From contig OZ257156.1 of assembly GCA_965279375.1 (NCBI GenBank), positions 2,272,001 to 2,336,000 on the forward strand: DNA of 64,000 nt, given 5' to 3'. This document shows positions 60,810 through 64,000 of the stretch, in pieces; positions within the stretch are counted from its first letter, which is position 1, and each line of letters opens with the position of its first letter. The notes beneath the pieces were generated by a model. It made no database searches. It saw nothing but the letters and a program-made list of their open reading frames with translations, and was not told the DNA's origin. A program made the position numbers and the translations under genes. Origin of the DNA: Gemmatimonas sp. GTDB lineage: Bacteria; Gemmatimonadota; Gemmatimonadetes; Gemmatimonadales; Gemmatimonadaceae.

Positions 60810-62044
60810 TAGATGCCACCCAGCACGATATCGATCTGTCGGGAAATGCCGTCGCGGATCGCGGCGGGTATGTCAAAGGTACTCGCGAACGTCGCCTTGA
60901 GCGTTCCGGTGGGCGTCGCCGCATCCGCCCGCACGCCGCTCTGAGTGAGATAGAATCGCATGTAGCCGTCCAGCAACTCCGGCGCGACACGCTCGAGCAA
61001 CAACGCCCCGGCCCGCACCTGCCCAAGCGAGATGTAGCGATCGGCTGCACCAGACCGCTGTTCGGCCGGCGTCGTGTTGTCGCCAATCACACCCGTCACA
61101 AGCGTACCGGTGAACTCGTGCGCCAACACGAAGAGCGCATCCGCCGCATCCTGCACGCGCCCGGGCAACGGCACGGCCACCACCGTCTGCCGGTCGCGCC
61201 CCACACCGGTGCGTCCTTCGCCGCCGACGGGAATGGACAGCACCACATCGCCATTGCGCTGACTGGTGTTGTTCAGAAAGCGATCGAACCGCGCGCGATA
61301 CGTGCCCTGCCACAATGAATCCACGGCCGAAATCACGGCGTGCCGCGTGCGAATGACGCGCGTGTGCTCAGCGTTGAAGAACCGTGCCTGCTCATCCGTC
61401 ACGCCATTCAGAAACAAGCGCAGCCACTCCCGATCCGCCGTCGTAGGAAAGAGCGCCGCGAAGGAAAGCGCGCCACCCGAACGATCAGGCGTACGGCGCG
61501 GATCGTCGCCCTGTGTCAGGAAGCGTTCCGCAGCCACGCGCATCTCTTCCCAATTCGCGTAGCCAAACGGCACGAACTGCGCCTGCAGATAGCTTGGCGA
61601 CGATGCCAGTCGCTTGGCCAACGTCCCGCGATTCACGTCGAGTGACGTGAGCAGGTTGGCGCGATTCTTCTCAACCGTCAGCGAGTCACGATAGCCGCGC
61701 CGAAACAGCGGTACCTTCGTCGTGTCGTTGCTGACCATCGCAAAGGCGTGCAGCCACAGGTCCACGTGCTCCGACGTCTTGATCGGCCAGCGTGAGGCGC
61801 GATAGGGCAGCGCCGGGTTCTCCGCCTCGCTGGTCTGCGCTCTGGCGCGCACCGGCGCGCGCGTGGGCGCACGCGTTGGCTGCGGGGCAGGGGCCGGCTC
61901 AGGGTTGGACACCGGAATGGGCTGCGCGCACGCACTCAGCGTGCAGGCAACGAGGACGCAGCCGCTCAGCGCGAGGGCCGCCGTCGCACGAGACGATCGG
62001 GGCGCAACGGTAGACCGTCGCGCCGAATTCAACAGAAGAGACAT
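60809..62044 (-). CDS. Hypothetical lipoprotein
   Basis: Lipobox LSAC, Pro-rich linker, and a VLAHEFTG segment (HExxH-like, second His missing). Confidence 0.7.
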   Translation of the reverse strand: MSLLLNSARRSTVAPRSSRATAALALSGCVLVACTLSACAQPIPVSNPEPAPAPQPTRAPTRAPVRARAQTSEAENPALPYRASRWPIKTSEHVDLWLHAFAMVSNDTTKVPLFRRGYRDSLTVEKNRANLLTSLDVNRGTLAKRLASSPSYLQAQFVPFGYANWEEMRVAAERFLTQGDDPRRTPDRSGGALSFAALFPTTADREWLRLFLNGVTDEQARFFNAEHTRVIRTRHAVISAVDSLWQGTYRARFDRFLNNTSQRNGDVVLSIPVGGEGRTGVGRDRQTVVAVPLPGRVQDAADALFVLAHEFTGTLVTGVIGDNTTPAEQRSGAADRYISLGQVRAGALLLERVAPELLDGYMRFYLTQSGVRADAATPTGTLKATFASTFDIPAAIRDGISRQIDIVLGGI

Positions 62045-62127
62045 GGAGTGCAAGATCGCCGTGTCACCGCAGTCGGAGCTAGCGCGTGCGTTCACGCGCG
62101 CCGCCACGGAATGGCGCTCTATACCCG

Positions 62128-62853
62128 CTAGCTGGCTGCTCGCTTCGCCAAGGGCGCGCTCGCCGGCGTGTCGGGGAGCTCTGCGCTCCGACCGCAGGTC
62201 ACGCAGAAGCGCCACGCCGCATCCAGCTCGGTGCTGCAGGCGGGGCACTGCCGCTTGGTCTGGTCCAGTCCGCAGTGCGGGCAGAAGGTGACGCGACGAT
62301 CCTGCGGAAGTCGGCCGCCACAAAAGCGGCAACCACACCCCTTGCCATCGCTACCGCGCGAGCGAGCTGCCGACGCGCCGTCGCTCAGCACCTCGACACG
62401 CAGCCCCGCGCGGTTCGTGGTCGTCGTGGCGGCCGCGCTCACGCTCGCCTCTCCTCGGCGGCCCTGCATGCTCTCCGACGACAGCTGCGCCGCGTCGAAG
62501 GCACCGCTCACCCGCTCCATTCCCACGCTGATCGCGGCCTCGCCGAGCGCCAGCGACGCACCGGACCAGCTGCGCACCAGCGCGAGCGTGGGGGACGGCA
62601 GCGCCAGCGCATTGTGACAGGCTCGCTGCAACTCTCCCTCGGCGTGCACATAGCCTCGCTCGCCGCCCACCAGCCGAAGCACCGTGCGTTCCCACGCGTC
62701 CGCGCCACCGTCGGCCATCTCCCGACGGGATTCGCGAAAGGGCAGCAGCCGCTCCTCGAGGTCCGTGAGCGAAAAGCCATGCTCACGAAGCTGCGGATAG
62801 TGCTGACGGATCGTGCGAACGAGACGAAAGGCCAGCCGATCGAGATCGTCCAT
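62128..62853 (-). CDS. Double zinc-ribbon domain protein
   Basis: Four CxxC at the C-terminus: CRFC, CPHC, CPAC and CVTC. Confidence 0.8.
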   Translation of the reverse strand: MDDLDRLAFRLVRTIRQHYPQLREHGFSLTDLEERLLPFRESRREMADGGADAWERTVLRLVGGERGYVHAEGELQRACHNALALPSPTLALVRSWSGASLALGEAAISVGMERVSGAFDAAQLSSESMQGRRGEASVSAAATTTTNRAGLRVEVLSDGASAARSRGSDGKGCGCRFCGGRLPQDRRVTFCPHCGLDQTKRQCPACSTELDAAWRFCVTCGRSAELPDTPASAPLAKRAAS

Positions 62854-62870
62854 CGAACGAGCGGTGGTCG

Positions 62871-63053
62871 TCACCGCTTCTCGGCCTGCACCATCTGGGC
62901 GTCCACGTCTCCACTGACCATCGCGCGGCTCGCGCCGCCGATCTGTCCGATCATGCGCTCCGCCACGTTCAGGTCGTGCAAGTGCGCGTCCTTCCAGCCG
63001 TAGCCATACCCGATGGCCACGCCGATGCACAGAATGAGGAGGAACTTGAACAT
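62871..63053 (-). CDS. Small membrane/exported hypothetical protein (60 aa)
   Basis: MFKFLLILCIGVAIGYGYGW N-terminal TM; co-oriented with neighbours. Confidence 0.6.
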   Translation of the reverse strand: MFKFLLILCIGVAIGYGYGWKDAHLHDLNVAERMIGQIGGASRAMVSGDVDAQMVQAEKR

Positions 63054-63190
63054 GAATCCAGGGGGTGGGGGCGGTGAAACGGCCCGGTGATCTACCCCTG
63101 ACGACGCACTGTCGCAGAGCCGCGTAACGGCACTTTCGCCCACTCTGTCACACCCACGGCAACGCCCTCACGTGCGCTGCCGTTCTGTCC

Positions 63191-63802
63191 TCATCCTAGT
63201 CGTGCGGCCGGGACAAATCGCGCGGCATCGGGGAACGGCGCAATCGCCGGCTGCGGCTTGCCGGCCTTCACGGGAAGCGATGCCATCCATGCCTCGAAGC
63301 CTGACGCGACGAGGCTGTCGCTCGCGTCCTGCTGCGCTGCCGCGCGCGTCGCGAGATGATTGGCGTATTCGTTCTGCGGGTGCCCGGCGTGTCCTTTCAC
63401 CCACTGCCACATGCACTCGTGCGCGGCGATCGCCTCGACGGCATCCTGCCACAACTCGAGGTTCTCCACCGCGCCTTCCTTTCGCTTCCAGCCTCGCGCA
63501 ATCCACCCGCGTACCCACGACGTCATCCCATCGACGATGTAGCGCGAGTCGGTGGTGAAGTGAATCGAGAGTGCGTTGCCTTTGCGCGAGAGTGCGCGCA
63601 CCGTGTCCGTCACGGAGCGAAGCGCCATGCGATTGTTGGTCGTGTTTGGCTCCGACGCCCACAGATCGAATCGCTGCAGCGTTCCATCGGCGCGACGGAA
63701 TTCAATCAGCGCGCCGAAGCCGCCCGGCGTGTCTCCGGCCTTGCCGTTGCCCAGGCACGACTCGTCCGCGTACACGGACACCAATGGGTAGCGCGCGCTC
63801 AT
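63191..63802 (-). CDS. rnhA: Ribonuclease HI with an atypical active site
   Basis: YADESCLGNG, TTNNRM, TDSRY, WIARGWK, VENLELW and WVKGHAGHPQNE. Confidence 0.9.
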   Translation of the reverse strand: MSARYPLVSVYADESCLGNGKAGDTPGGFGALIEFRRADGTLQRFDLWASEPNTTNNRMALRSVTDTVRALSRKGNALSIHFTTDSRYIVDGMTSWVRGWIARGWKRKEGAVENLELWQDAVEAIAAHECMWQWVKGHAGHPQNEYANHLATRAAAQQDASDSLVASGFEAWMASLPVKAGKPQPAIAPFPDAARFVPAARLG

Positions 63803-64000
63803 CGCACGATCTCGATGGCGTCGAGTTCATCGAGAAACAGCTCGAGTCGCCCTCCAGTGGACGGATGTCGCGCGAGAATCACCTCGCGTCCGCCTACGAG
63901 TCGCAGCTGATCGGGAATGACGAGATACTCGGTGCCTCGACGCCAGATCGAAATGCGCTTGCCATCCACGATCGCCCGTTCGAGCCGATCGTAGTCACCC
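63799..64000 (-). CDS. Hypothetical protein, C-terminal part (truncated by window edge)
   Basis: Open frame ...DYDRLERAIVDGKRISIWRRGTEY...LDAIEIVR-stop; TGA overlaps the rnhA ATG. Confidence 0.6.
   Translation of the reverse strand, partial: GDYDRLERAIVDGKRISIWRRGTEYLVIPDQLRLVGGREVILARHPSTGGRLELFLDELDAIEIVR

Overview
A GC-rich bacterial chromosomal segment, most likely from a Gemmatimonadota (Gemmatimonas-like) organism; that assignment is inferred from gene content and style, not from a search. About 56 CDSs are called. They include a BMP-family nucleoside ABC operon with a coupled MFS gene, a long nadB-nadA-nadC-hypothetical-fahA-cydAB-response regulator unit, an acyl-CoA dehydrogenase, an Ig-repeat lipoprotein, a GT39-fluC-M20 peptidase unit, an MCP/porin/mini-binding-protein cassette, rho, a polysaccharide deacetylase and PBP1A, MarR-SRPBCC, DUF1501/DUF1800, an EF-G paralogue, a four-gene minor pilin cluster, thyX, a squalene/phytoene synthase and rnhA. 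No rRNA, tRNA, CRISPR array, transposase or integrase was seen. The most notable observations are: (1) a 3.1-kb integrase-less island (DUF5694-like lipoprotein plus BlaI/BlaR1-like pair with a triple operator) bounded by a 43-bp direct repeat that duplicates the 3' end of a protein-coding gene; (2) an RNase HI whose catalytic Glu appears moved to an RNase HII-like adjacent DE pair; (3) an EF-G paralogue lacking the catalytic His and the G4 motif; (4) a Rho with a ~290-aa repetitive disordered N-terminus and a ~400-nt C-rich leader; (5) a long nested palindrome with an expanded (GCAGTT)8 tract; (6) an uncharacterised porin + mini-PBP + chemoreceptor module. Product names come from recognised motifs only; no database searches were run.
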